A stretch of DNA of 64,000 nt from Hemiscyllium ocellatum (taxonomy: Eukaryota), in assembly GCF_020745735.1 (NCBI RefSeq), contig NC_083449.1:7972923-8036922 (forward strand), written 5' to 3'. Below are positions 1 through 11,610 of the stretch, piece by piece. The notes beneath the pieces are model-generated. The model saw nothing but the letters and a program-made list of their open reading frames with translations. It was not told the origin of the DNA and made no database searches. Each line of letters begins with the position of its first letter. The first letter of the stretch is position 1. The position numbers and the translations under genes are program-made.

Positions 1-151
1 GCTATTGATTGCATAATTTCAACAAACAGTGGGAAACAGAATGAAATTTCATCAGTGTTTAGGGGATTAAAAACCACAAGAATGTCCCACAGCAGCTTCT
101 TCCCGCTCTGCTCCCTTAAGTTCCTGCTCTGCTCGGCCTCTTACAAACAGC

Positions 152-390
152 TGCAAATGTGTTGCTGGTCAAAGCACAGCAGGCCAGGCAGCATCTCAGG
201 AATAGAGAATTCGACGTTTCGAGCATAAGCCCTTCATCAGGAATGAGAGAGAGTAGCCAAGCAGGCTAAGATAAAAGGTAGGGAGGAGGGACTTGGGGGA
301 GGGGCGATGGAGGTGGGATAGGTGGAAGGAGGTCAAGGTGAGGGTGATAGGCCGGAGTGGGGTGGGGGCGGAGAGGTCAGGAAGAAGATT
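152..390 (-). mobile_element. Penelope-like element terminal-repeat (pLTR) fragment with hammerhead motif
   Basis: Similar to 62578-62795, the end of the RT/GIY-YIG element; near-identical to 41150-41232 and 61256-61343. Confidence 0.8.
209..244 (-). ncRNA. Minimal type I hammerhead ribozyme motif (Penelope-associated)
   Basis: Minus strand reads AUUC-CUGAUGA-A-GGGC(UUAU)GCUC-GAAACGUC-GAAU: core boxes, stem II, palindromic ACGU stem III, GUC cleavage triplet, stem I AUUC/GAAU. Confidence 0.7.
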
Positions 391-734
391 GTTCTCCCTG
401 AACTCACCCCGAATCAGTCCCGGTCTCGGACTCCCCTCCCTATCCATGTGCTGCTGGAAGGAGCCTGCTGTTCCCTCGCTTCCCTGGGCGCTGATCTCTC
501 CATTGCGGTCTGTTTCAAACAAACCTCTTACACTCACTGAGTAAATGCTCCTCAATGGCAGCGCTGGGGGGAGGGCCTCACGCATGCGCTCCTCTAGTCA
601 GGAACAGTCAGCTTTGGGGAGAAAAGGTTTCGCCCCAGGTACAACTGGGGCTGGAGGCGGAGCCGGATGGCCAAAGACATTTCCCTGCTCTGTCTGTCAC
701 TCAGTTTCCTCTCCGGACCCGTCTCTTACTCTCA

Positions 735-760
735 GTCAGGTCGGGCCGGGCTGTATAAAA
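735..760 (+). promoter_or_regulatory. H4 proximal promoter (TCAGGTC element and TATA box)
   Basis: TATAAAA at 754-760, ~60 nt upstream of the ATG, preceded by TCAGGTCG, which resembles the H4 subtype element. Confidence 0.6.
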
Positions 761-807
761 GAGGAAGGGGAGGCAGCTCGGCTCTCATTCGGCAGCGATT
801 GGAGTGA

Positions 808-1119
<312 letters not shown>

Positions 1120-1147
1120 GCATAAAGACTTTTCCAGCGAAACCAAA

Positions 1148-1187
1148 GGCTCTTTTCAGAGCCACCCAAACTCTCCGATAGAGAGCC
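1148..1187 (+). terminator. Histone 3' stem-loop and purine-rich downstream element (H4)
   Basis: CCAAA GGCTCT TTTC AGAGCC ACCCA (stem-loop 1148-1163), then GATAGAGAGCC. Confidence 0.95.
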
Positions 1188-2478
1188 GAGACCTGAGGAC
1201 AGGCAAGGTAGCACAGGGAGGGGATAGCGACGGTGATTTAACATATAGCGATTATAAAATTATTTAAATCCTGAAAATGTGCTAGTACTGTGTTCTACGG
1301 GCGGGTGGACTCTGTATCGCATCGTAACTTGTAGTTGTAAGATATAGCAGCAGCATTACGCCAGTTTCCCCGTCCAGATTGTTCTACAATGGCTGGTATT
1401 TCTCAAACTTGTTCTCGCGCCTGCTCCCCGTAACCTTCATTCGTCTTTTCTCGTGAATACCTGTCTATCTCAGTAATAATATCAATGCGTACTTGGTGTC
1501 CATGCCATGATTTTGTTTTTATTTATTTTGGAATCCAGACATTAATCTTGCGTATTGTAGTATTTATAATTCCGAAGCATAATACTCGGCTCAGTTTTGT
1601 TTCTGGGAGCCTATGCATGTCGTCATGGTGCGTTCTTTCCATCTGCCCGTTCAGGCAGCGATTACAAATTGCCTTCGGGTAAATAATGCTCTGGATGTGA
1701 TAGGAATATACTGATAAAATGCGGTTCTGTAATTTTATCGGTGTACACTGTGTTAGCTTTTAAGATGTTTTAATCGGCGGGCACAAGTTCGCTTGCTCAT
1801 CCTGAGAGAGCAGGAAGCAGTAGGGGACATTAGTATTTCTAACGGAAGTTACTTAAAAACAAAACGGCCGGCAGCGGGAGTGAATTTTGCAACTGATGAG
1901 ACATTCATTCAGGGATTGCGGAATCTATTAAAAAAACATAGTAATAAGTGTGATTTTAACATCAAATTTTGGTATTGGGTCAGATATTTGTGGAAAAAAA
2001 CCCATCTCATTGACTGCCTTTGCGTTAACATGGCTAATGGTGAGGGAGGCAGGAGAGAAAGGGAAAATAATGGCGCCAAGAGGGCAACGGCTTACTTCCA
2101 AATTTGAAAATGCCCGCCATCACGTCTAAAAGAGCAGCAGGTTTTACAGCACGTACACGTTGATTTCATAACCGAAAAAAGCAATTGAAGATCAGAAAAT
2201 CTCACTTTACCCCATTCCCGCCTTTACAGCTGAAAAATGCCTCACTGGTGATCAATCTGCTCTCTCTCTCTCCAGAGACAGGGGACAGAATATTGGATAT
2301 GAACCGAACAGAGAATAAAACGCAGAGGGTCAGGGACCGTCCCGTACTGTATCCTGCAGCGACTGACCCTTCACTGCACTGGGTCAACCCAGCTCTTCCT
2401 ACTGCGCTTAAAAGAAATGTGAATCTAATGTGAGGTCAAACCCGATCGCGGACGTTCGTGCCGCCATTCTATAAATTT

Positions 2479-2792
2479 GGGTGGCACGGTGGCACAGTGG
2501 TTAGCACTGCTGCCTCACAGCGCCTGAAGACCCGGGTTCAATTCCCGACTCAGGCGACTGACTGTGTGGAGTTTGCACGTTCTCCCCGTGTCTGCGTGGG
2601 TTTCCTCCGGGTGCTCCGGTTTCCTCCCACAGTCCAAAGATGTGCGGGTCAGGTGAATTGGCCATGCTAAATTGCCCGTAGTGTTAGGTAAGGGGTAATG
2701 TAGGGGCATGGGTGGGTTTCGCTTCGGCGGGTCGGTGTGGACTTGTTGGGCCGAAGGGCCTGTTTCCACACTGTAAGTCTAATCTAATCTAA
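2479..2792 (+). mobile_element. tRNA-derived V-SINE (HE1-type), full length, young
   Basis: A box TGGCACAGTGG, B box GGTTCAATTCC, V-domain (GTGGGTTTCCTCCGGGTGCTCCGGTTTCCTCCCACA), CR1-like tail with (TCTAA)n; near-identical to 52485-52796. Confidence 0.9.
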
Positions 2793-3015
2793 ACTGATAG
2801 TAAAGACAGAGATCACTCAGGCAGTGACCGTTCAATACGAAATCCTGTAGGGCAGGACACTCATACAATCGCATTTTATGACAAATTCTTTCTCTGCTCC
2901 CATAGCCAGTAACAGTATCCAATGAAACGGAGCACGAAATTTATTTATGACGGGCTTATTATGAGACGAGGGCTCTCCACGTTAAAAAGAAAATAAACAA
3001 TCCGACAGAAAGATT

Positions 3016-3056
3016 AGTTCCTCTCACAGATGCTGTGAGTGGTTCTTAGAAGAGCC
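3016..3056 (-). terminator. Histone stem-loop (one stem mismatch) and downstream element of the left H2A
   Basis: Minus strand GGCTCT TCTA AGAACC at 3056-3041 (C-A mismatch at stem pair 3), then GAGAGGAA. Confidence 0.85.
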
Positions 3057-3077
3057 TTTGGGTTGTCAGAAGAATGT

Positions 3078-3461
<384 letters not shown>

Positions 3462-3489
3462 TCAGAGAGAATGCTTCACTCCGTCCACA

Positions 3490-3720
3490 CTGCGGTCTCT
3501 TATACCTTCGGGAGGAACGGTACGGCGGACATTTCGGTTTGTTCAGCCCCTCCTAATGTTGTTTCAATCCCCAATCAGATATCTGCCTCATTCCCCAATC
3601 CGGAGAGGGCACAGGGAGGAGGGCGGAAAGTACCGGCGCCAAATCATCAACCGTCTTTTCACAATTTGAAAAGCCCGCCAATTTACAAACAAAGGAGTAT
3701 GTTTTACCTGAAAAATGAAG
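3490..3720 (-). promoter_or_regulatory. H2A promoter: TATA, CCAAT boxes, GGCGCCAAA and TTTGAAAAGCCCGCC (E2F/CHR-like)
   Basis: TATAAG at 3504-3499, CCAAT at 3571 and 3595, TTTGAA..CCCGCC at 3665-3679; homologous to 59490-59700. Confidence 0.75.
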
Positions 3721-4448
3721 TACAAAAACGGAGGAAGTTCAAAAAAACATTAATACTCATGTTAATTTACTATTAGTTTACAAAAGTGTACTTCACACGG
3801 TCTTACTCTCCCTCATTTTTCGAGCTGTAGCTGTCCATTTCTGATCTTGAGATTGAGCTATTGTCTAAACCTTGAGAAGAGGCTGAAACAAAACAGACCA
3901 AACCCTGCAGTCTGCAACTTGTTTTTTCTTTTCACATTTCAATACCACCCCGCTATGATGGTAAAGCAGCATGCAACATTCTTCCGGCTCAGCAAACACG
4001 TTTTTTAAGACGATATTTTAAAGTGGACCTCCCTTAACGCTCTCGATCAGATTCAGCAAAAGCTCCACGCTTCAGTCCGGTAGCTGTGTTGGTGTTCTCT
4101 CGGTTCGTTTTGAAATTCTCTCATCGACAGCAGGAAGCTTTATTTTGCATTGTGAAAAGTCAGATCAAACCCGCACATTGGAAATGTAGAGTAAATCAGA
4201 AGGTAAAATGTATCAATCGTGGGGCGGAAAGACGTGGGCATTTGTCTGCCAGGGCTGAACAATCAAGAGGAAAAATGATTCACTGGCGCTTGATCTGCTT
4301 TTTCCACCCCACTCCCGAATAATTTGCAAAGCATTTATTAACACAAAAACATATAGCACAAGTTAGAATGCCTTATCAAGAATCACATGCAAACTAAAAC
4401 AAACAACCCTAAAAGAAACGGTTCAGCTATCTCAGGGAAGTTGTGGGT

Positions 4449-4464
4449 GGCTCTTAGAAGAGCC
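4449..4464 (-). terminator. Histone stem-loop of the left H2B
   Basis: GGCTCT TCTA AGAGCC ACCCA on the minus strand; GAGATAGCTG downstream. Confidence 0.9.
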
Positions 4465-4507
4465 TTTGGGTTGTGGATGTGTGTTTGTTTCAGGGCAGTG
4501 AGGCCCT

Positions 4508-4888
4508 TCACTTGGAGCTGGTGTACTTGGTCACCGCCTTTGTGCCCTCCGACACGGCGTGCTTGGCCAGCTCCCCGGGCAGCAGCAGCCGCACGGCGGT
4601 CTGGATCTCCCGGGAGCTGATGGTGCTGCGCTTGTTGTAATGGGCCAGGCGGGAAGCCTCCCCCGCGATACGCTCGAAAATATCGTTGACGAACGAGTTC
4701 ATGATGCTCATGGCCTTGGAGGAGATGCCGGTGTCGGGGTGAACCTGCTTCATCACTTTGTAGATATAGATGGAGTAACTTTCCTTCCTGGACCGTCTCC
4801 TTTTCTTACTGCCTTTCGCTGGCGCCTTCTTAATGATTTTCTTCGCGCCCTTCTTGGAGGTTTGCTGGGCTTTCTTCTCATCAGCCAT
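4508..4888 (-). CDS. H2B: Histone H2B, 126 aa
   Basis: [17 protein letters not shown]...[27 protein letters not shown]...AVTKYTSSK; TATA upstream, stem-loop downstream. Confidence 0.95.
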   Translation of the reverse strand: MADEKKAQQTSKKGAKKIIKKAPAKGSKKRRRSRKESYSIYIYKVMKQVHPDTGISSKAMSIMNSFVNDIFERIAGEASRLAHYNKRSTISSREIQTAVRLLLPGELAKHAVSEGTKAVTKYTSSK

Positions 4889-4939
4889 AGCGCCGCTCAC
4901 TTTCAGACACAGAATAAGAAACAACGGGTTCGGAGCTCC

Positions 4940-5090
4940 CTCTTTATAGACTGACGACGTCATCAATGTTAATGAGGGATGGGCGAAAGCCTGGTTCCTG
5001 ATTGGGTAGTTTACTCTAGAGTCATTCCCAAACATTGGGTCTCTCTGGTTAGTGTGGGATCCAATGTGGATCTGTCAGGATCTGCAACGA
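4940..5090 (-). promoter_or_regulatory. H2B promoter: TATA, CRE/ATF-like TGACGTCG, degenerate octamer, CCAAT
   Basis: Minus strand CATTAACATT-GATGACGTCGTCAG-TCTATAAA; CCAAT at 5005-5001; homologous to 56745-56890. Confidence 0.75.
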
Positions 5091-5892
5091 AATGTGAAGT
5101 GGATGGTGATTCTGTTCCTGTCAGTCTGACTGAGGGAGGTTTGTTTTGTGTCTGTGATACAGAAAGTGACTGTGGTATTGGCTCGGTTTCCTTTTGCTCG
5201 TTGTTGTGATGATGTGTTTCTCGCTCCACATGTCTGTTTCGGATGCACTGTATAGGCTGGAATTAACACAGAACTTGTCACTGTGTGAAAAAAAACTCAT
5301 CCATTCGAAATAGCGATTACATTTGTTGTCAAGTTACACAAACGACTGGAACTTGACTGTGAGTGTTTTCTACACTTGGGGTTGATGCAATTTGTTCTCA
5401 ATTGCACGGAGCTGCAGAGAAATGAGAAGAAAAAGTTTCTATGTAATGCTTTTCTTGAGTCACGCGTTGAGTCACATCTTGACTGTGGGATGAACATATT
5501 TCTGTGACCTTGACTGATAACTGTGGGCTCAGAGACCTATCGATAACTGTGTGCTTTGAAAGTGCGTGCAGTATAACTGAATTACGTTGCTGCACTTTTC
5601 ATTTCAGGCGTCTTGCAGTTTCATTTAGGGACTTAGAACACTTCTCAGTCTTACACGAATATCTGTTAACAAGCAACTGTTAGCATGCTATATATATGCG
5701 TCACTTTAACTTTATATCTGTCGTGTCCTAATTTACACATTTTGCATTAACTCAACATCTGTGCAATGAGGCTCTGGTCCTCCGTCTAATAGTGTTATTT
5801 CAAGAAAGGTTTTATTCTGTAACTGATGTGAGCGGTAAAACGTTACACTATTTGCCAGCCACTTAGAAATATTCCTCCAATCTCTGCTCCCA

Positions 5893-6040
5893 GGAAAAAG
5901 TGAGAACTGCAGATGCTGGGGATCAGAGGCTTATGCCCAAAACGTCGAGATGAAGGGCTTCTGCTTGAAACATCGATTCTCCTGCACCTCGGATGCTGCC
6001 TGACCTGCTGTGTTTTTCCAGCACCACACTCTCGACTCCA
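5893..6040. mobile_element. Short Penelope pLTR-derived insertion
   Basis: CTGCAGATGCTGG, GATGAAGGGCTT..GAAAC and GCTGCCTGACCTGCTG motifs. Confidence 0.6.
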
Positions 6041-7154
6041 ATCTGTGCCCGTCTGTTTCTGGGATGTATTTTTTGTAAACTCTATTTCACAGTCTTAACA
6101 TGTCAGTATGTTACTGGACTGTAACTCAAACCTTCTGAAGTGTACCTTGTTGCTTTACTCTGTCGGTGTCAATTTTGAAAGTACCAGATACCACTTTGGA
6201 CAGACTCAGGTAGGACTCACTACCCTCCACTCCCATACCCTATGAATATCAGCTTCTGCATATTGAAGTTGGATTTGTATTTATAACTGCAGCATTTTGA
6301 TAAAGGATAATACTTTGTACATTGTTACTGACAATATCTGCAATGTCACTGCAGATGTTACATTGTTTATGCCAGTTTCTAGCTAATCAGTGGTTGTATT
6401 ATATCCTAACAATTTATTTCTTTGTAAGTGACTCAGTATTTCATTTTGTAACTGCCAGTTTATTGTTTCTAATCTTGTATATACTCAGTTTCAGTTAATC
6501 ACTGGCATTACAGAGAGCAAATATCTCAACATCTCAAAGTTTCTGATGAAATGGATGGTTAATCTTGTTTTTCACTCCATCCCTGATACATCAGGGTAAC
6601 TTATAACTGAATTGATCAGTATGTGATCTGTGAGCACACACATATCAGTAAGTTAATGATACAGTGTATATGCTGTAGTTATTAATTTCTTTCAATCTTG
6701 TGTCACTTTAAATATCTCAAAGCTGAAGACCATAAGAAGCATGAGAATTCTGTGACATTTCTATTTGCCTGAGTGTACTTTGGCATGAAAACAGATCACC
6801 AAGGCTTTCGTTATGGTCTTCATCTCATTTTGATGTTTAGTGCCCATAACCAAAGACTCCCTTATGTATCAAAAAGGATATATGACTACATTAGCATAAA
6901 TTAAGCTGATAACTCAACCCTAACTGCTGTCTGTGCAACAGAAAAAGGGGAGAATGTTCTGCATTACTTTCTTAGACAGAAGGCTTCCTGTTCAAAACTG
7001 TGTCCCTTACTCGGGATTCTCTCATGAGCAGTGACCTACTCCCAGCATCAACTCCCTTCAGATCATATTTTTTTTTGCTCTAAAGGTCATACATTTTCCT
7101 TCAAAACTCCAATGAGAATATACCCAACCATTTTATACTTACAATGAGAGCCTA

Positions 7155-7800
7155 TGTATCAATCTGCAGCTCTAAGCTTCTGCTATGTGAATATGTGAGG
7201 ACAGGTATCACCCTCTCCCAGTAAGATTCTGCTATGTGCATACTTGAGTGAAGTTATCATCATAAACCTGTTGGTCTCTACTGTGTGAATATGACAGTTT
7301 CTAATCTGTAAATGGGATAGTTTAATCAATCGTCCATGTCAGTTTCTGCATTGTTAAAATGTGAACGTAGTTATCAATGTCAACCTGCCATCTTCTGCGA
7401 AGTGAACATGTGGGGGTCCATATTGAAATGTACCTGTTGCTTTCAGCGACAGGAATGCATGAGTTTAGTTATCATTCTTTTCCTGTCAGTTTCTTCGATG
7501 TGAATGTGTTGGTGTAGTTATCCATCTGTCCTGATGATGGGCTTTTAAACAAAACATCAATTCTCCTGCTCCTTGGATGCTTCCTGACCTGTGTGCTTTT
7601 CCAGCACCACACTCCCGACTCTAATCTCCAGCATCTGCAGTCCTCACCTTTGCCTATCCATTTGTACCTGTCAGTTTCTGATCTGTGAATATGGAAGTGT
7701 AGTTATTGGTCTGTCCATCAGTTTCTACAATTTGAATATCTCTCTCTGTCAGTTTGTGTTCTGTGAATAAGTGAGTGTACTTATATATTTGTCTCTGTTT
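7155..7800 (-). repeat. Degenerate ~47-49-bp minisatellite array (left-arm orientation)
   Basis: Recurrent TGTGAATATG..GTTATCAATCTGTACCTGTCAGTTTCTGC; contains a Penelope fragment at ~7530-7655. Confidence 0.75.
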
Positions 7801-7883
7801 AACATGACACTTGCAGGAACTCTATTTACTTCAAATCTCTGTTGCTCAACATGAATAAGATTTTATCTATTGCCATCCATGGC

Positions 7884-8205
7884 AGGGTGGCATGGTGGCA
7901 GTGGTGCCAGGGACATAGATTCAATGCCAGCCATGGTTATTATTTGTGTGCAGTTTGCACATTTTGCCCATGTCTCCATGTGTTTCCTCTGAGTGCTCTA
8001 GTTTATTTGCATGATCCAAATGTGCAGGTTTGCTGGATTAGCCATGGTAAATTGTCCTGTATTATTCAAGGATGTGCAGTGTCAGTGGGTTAACTGTGGT
8101 AAATGTGGAGTTACATCTGCATCTGCATGGGATCCGCTTTGGAGAGTTGTTGCAGGGGATGGGCCAAATTACCTCTCCCTGCACTGGAGAAATTCTATGT
8201 ACTGT
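7884..8205 (+). mobile_element. Old degenerate V-SINE (paralogue at ~11692-12135)
   Basis: Degraded V-domain and tail. Confidence 0.6.
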
Positions 8206-8457
8206 AAATGAAAGTGAGATTGTTTCTATCATTGTCAGTCTTAACAGTGTAAAGCAGTTTGGATAATTTTCACAACTTTTATTCAATGGTACAGTTTTTG
8301 ATTGTAAGTTATATTCTGCACCTGTATTTTGAATTTATTGTTCACATGTTTATAACCAGACCACTTTCTGAGAGCTTTCGCACTCGGTGTCCAATAACCT
8401 CTGGGTATTTGTCTGAATGTGTACCTCTTCATGTCAATATTTGATTTCCTTTTGGAC

Positions 8458-9580
8458 AGGTATGATGTTTTGGAAAGTGTAGGGGGTGATGGCTGTTCAT
8501 GGCTGTTCCCCTGAGAATCCAAGTTTCTGGTACTGAGACTGGCTCTAATGCAACAAGGGGTACGTCGGCTTCCAAGAGATCAATTGTGTTAGGGGATTCT
8601 GTAGTCCGAGGTACAGACATTTCTGTGGCCAGCAGCGATAAAGCACAATGGTGTATCGGTTCCCTGGATCAAGGATGTCTCAGAGAGGGTACAGAATGTT
8701 CTCACGGGGGAAAAAGGGGACAGCAAGAGCTCATTGTCCACATTGGAACCAACGACATAGGAAGGGAAAAGATTGAGATTCTCAAGGGAGATTACAGAGA
8801 ATTAGGCAGAAATTTAAAAAGGAGGTTGCTCTCAGTGCTACAAGCTAGTGAGGGTAGGAAGAGGAGGATAGAGCAGATGAAAGCATGTCTGAGGAGCTGG
8901 TGTATGTGGAAGGATTCACATTTTTGGATCATTAGAATCTCTTTTTGGGTAGAAGTGACCTGTACAAGATGAACGGATTGCACCTAAACTGGAAGGGGGC
9001 AAATATACTGACAAGGGAATTTCCTAGGTCTGCTCGGGAGAATTTAAACTAGTAAGGTTGGGGGTGGGGGTGAGAATGGCGGTGGGAACCATGGAAGTAG
9101 TGAGCAAAGAGATCAGTCTGAGACTGGTACTGTTGAGAACAGAAGCGACTCAAACAAACAGTCAGGGCAAGCAGGGACAAAGTAGGACTAATAAATTAAA
9201 CTGGATTTACTTCAAAGCAAGGGGCCTAACAGGTACAGACAGGATAGATTGAGTGAATCCTTAGAATAGTATAAAGGAAGTAGGAGTATACTTAGAGGGG
9301 AAGATTTAAAAGAGACCCAAGGGACACACAGAGGGTGGTACGGGTATGAAATGAGCTGCCAGAGGAAGTGGTAGAGGCTGGTACAATTGCAACATTCAAG
9401 AAGCGTTTGGATGGGTATATGAATAGGAAGGGTTTGGAGGAATATGAGCTGGGTGCTGGTAGGTGGGACTAGATTGGGTAGTGTTTGGGCAGGTGGGACG
9501 AGATTGGGTTGGGATATCTGGTCGGCATGGACTGGTTGGAGCAAAGATTCTGTCTCCATGCTGTACATCTCTATGACTCT
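8458..9580 (+). mobile_element. CR1/HER1 LINE, internally deleted (ORF1 esterase joined to 3' end)
   Basis: SIVLGDSVVRG and VHIGTNDIG (SGNH esterase-type ORF1), WNELPEEVVEAG-type ORF2 end, CTCTATGACTCT tail. Confidence 0.85.
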
Positions 9581-10053
9581 GAGACATAAGGGGCAGTTTG
9601 ATTTTTAAACAAAGAGAGTGGTAGCAGTGGAACACACTGCCTGGGATGGAGATGGAGGAAGATACAATAAGGGTATTGAAAGGACTTTTAGGTAAGCAAA
9701 TGAACATGTACGAAATGGAGAGTTATGAACCTAGGGCAGGCAGAAGAGATTAATTGCATTTTGGCGGCATGTTCAGCACAACATGGTGGGCTGAAGGACC
9801 CGTTCCTGTCCTGTACCGTTTGATGTTCAGATTTTAATGCAGTGGATATTTTGGATGAGAATTCATTCAAGTTGATTGAAACTGGGTAGGATGCATTTAG
9901 AATATAGATATAAAAATATAAACTTCCATTTCCTCGGTGGTGTTTGACTCTTGGTTTGAACATATCCCTCTGGGAATGGAGCTCAATGTAAGTCTGACTC
10001 AATCCACTCTGACTGTGAAAAGGATGTTCTTCGCTCTGACAGCAGTAACATAC

Positions 10054-10135
10054 CTGCTGTCTATTGGAAGCAACTGGTCACACTTGGCTCTGTACTGAGG
10101 GAATATTACATTGTCTTGGTCCTTTGAGTACTTGC
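10054..10135 (-). ncRNA. Putative repeated non-coding exon (82 nt)
   Basis: TTTAC..TCTCTTCTGTCTATCTCCAG| acceptor and CAGCAG|GTATGT donor; paralogues at 25805, 30808, 42550, 51635. Confidence 0.5.
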
Positions 10136-10399
10136 CTGGAGATAGACAGAAGAGATACCTCCTGTAAATCAACTTCAGCTGTGATTGGCAACACCAATAT
10201 AACATTCAGTTCCTTATCATTAAGGATTTTTTTATTTAAAGCCAGCAATTTAAACAGAACCACGGGTCTGATTCCACTCCTGCCCTGAGCTGTTCCTTGT
10301 CCATTTTTTCTTAAAATTCTAAGCCCAAAGGAATAAGAACCAGAAATGAAACAACACCCATACAGCTCCATAAATGGGGCCTACCTGATGCAAGTGGGT

Positions 10400-11610
10400 A
10401 TGTGGATATGTCAGTTTAGTTATTGATCTATACCTGTCAGTTCGTGCTTGGAGAATGTGTGAGTGTCGTCATTAAATGGTAACATTCAATATATGGTCAA
10501 TATATTTACATATTCACACTGCATAGACTGACAGGGTCCAATTGACAACTACTGAATCATAAAAATAGTACAGCACAGAGGGGGCTATTCAGCCCATCTT
10601 GTCCATACCAACCCAAAGACCCCCAGAGGCCCTTTCTCATCCCATCTTCTTGCCGCAGCCCGTAGCCTTGCAGTTAATGGAACTGCAGCCCTGGCAACAT
10701 TCTAGAAAACCTCCTCTGCATTCTCTCCAGAGCCATGATGGTGCTGGTATCACTCTGTCCCAGTAAAATTCGCTATGTGCATACTTGAGTGAAGTTATCA
10801 TCCTAAACCTGTTGGTTTCTACTGTGTGAATATGTCAATTTTGCTCTGTGAATGTGATAATTTAATTATCAATCTGTCCATGTCAGTTTCTGCATTGTTG
10901 AAATGTGAACGTAGTTATCAATGTCTACCTGCCACCTTCTCCTAAGTGAACATGTGGGGGTCCGTATTGAAATGTACTTGTCGCTTGACGAAGGGGCTTT
11001 TAACCAAAACATTGATTCTGCTGCTCCTCGGATGCTTCCAGACCTGCTGTGCTTTTCCAGCACCACACTCTCAGCTCTAATTTCCAGCATCTGCAGTCCT
11101 CACTTTTGCCTATCCATTTGTACCTGTTAGTTTCTGATCTGTAAATATGGAAGTGTAGTTATTGATCTGTCCATCAGTTTCTCCAATTTGAATATGACAA
11201 TCTATTTATTTATCTCTCTGTCAGTTTCTGTGATGTGAAGATGACAGTCCAATTATCTATCTGCCCCTGTCAGATTCTGCTGTGTGAATATGAGAGGGCA
11301 TTACCAGTCTCTACCTGTCAGCTTTTGCAACATCAATGTGATTTTAGTTATCAACCTGCCTCATTAGATTCTAGGTGAATGTAAGAATGTAGTTATTATA
11401 TACCTGTGAGATTCTGTTCTGGGAATCTATGAATGTATTATGTACTTGTCAGTTTCTGCAATGTGAATGTGTTTGTGCAATCATCAATCTATCCCTGACA
11501 GCTTCAACTATATGGATGGATGAGTGCATCTGCACCTGAAAGTATCTGTGCCCGTCAGTTTGTGTTCTGTGAATAAGTGAGTGTACTTATATATTTGTCT
11601 CTGTTTAACA
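10400..11610 (-). repeat. Degenerate ~47-49-bp minisatellite array
   Basis: Same unit as 7155-7800; short inverted patch at ~10500-10555. Confidence 0.75.

Larger units (their letters stand above)
40..625 (-). promoter_or_regulatory. Degenerate third copy of the GC-rich NRF1-motif promoter/exon-1 module, interrupted by a Penelope insertion; head-to-head with H4
   Basis: 40-150 and 391-600 align to 31306-31713. NRF1-type ACGCATGCGC at 580-589; putative donor GTGAGT on the minus strand at 537-532. 595-620 matches the reverse complement of 41680-41705. Confidence 0.6.
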
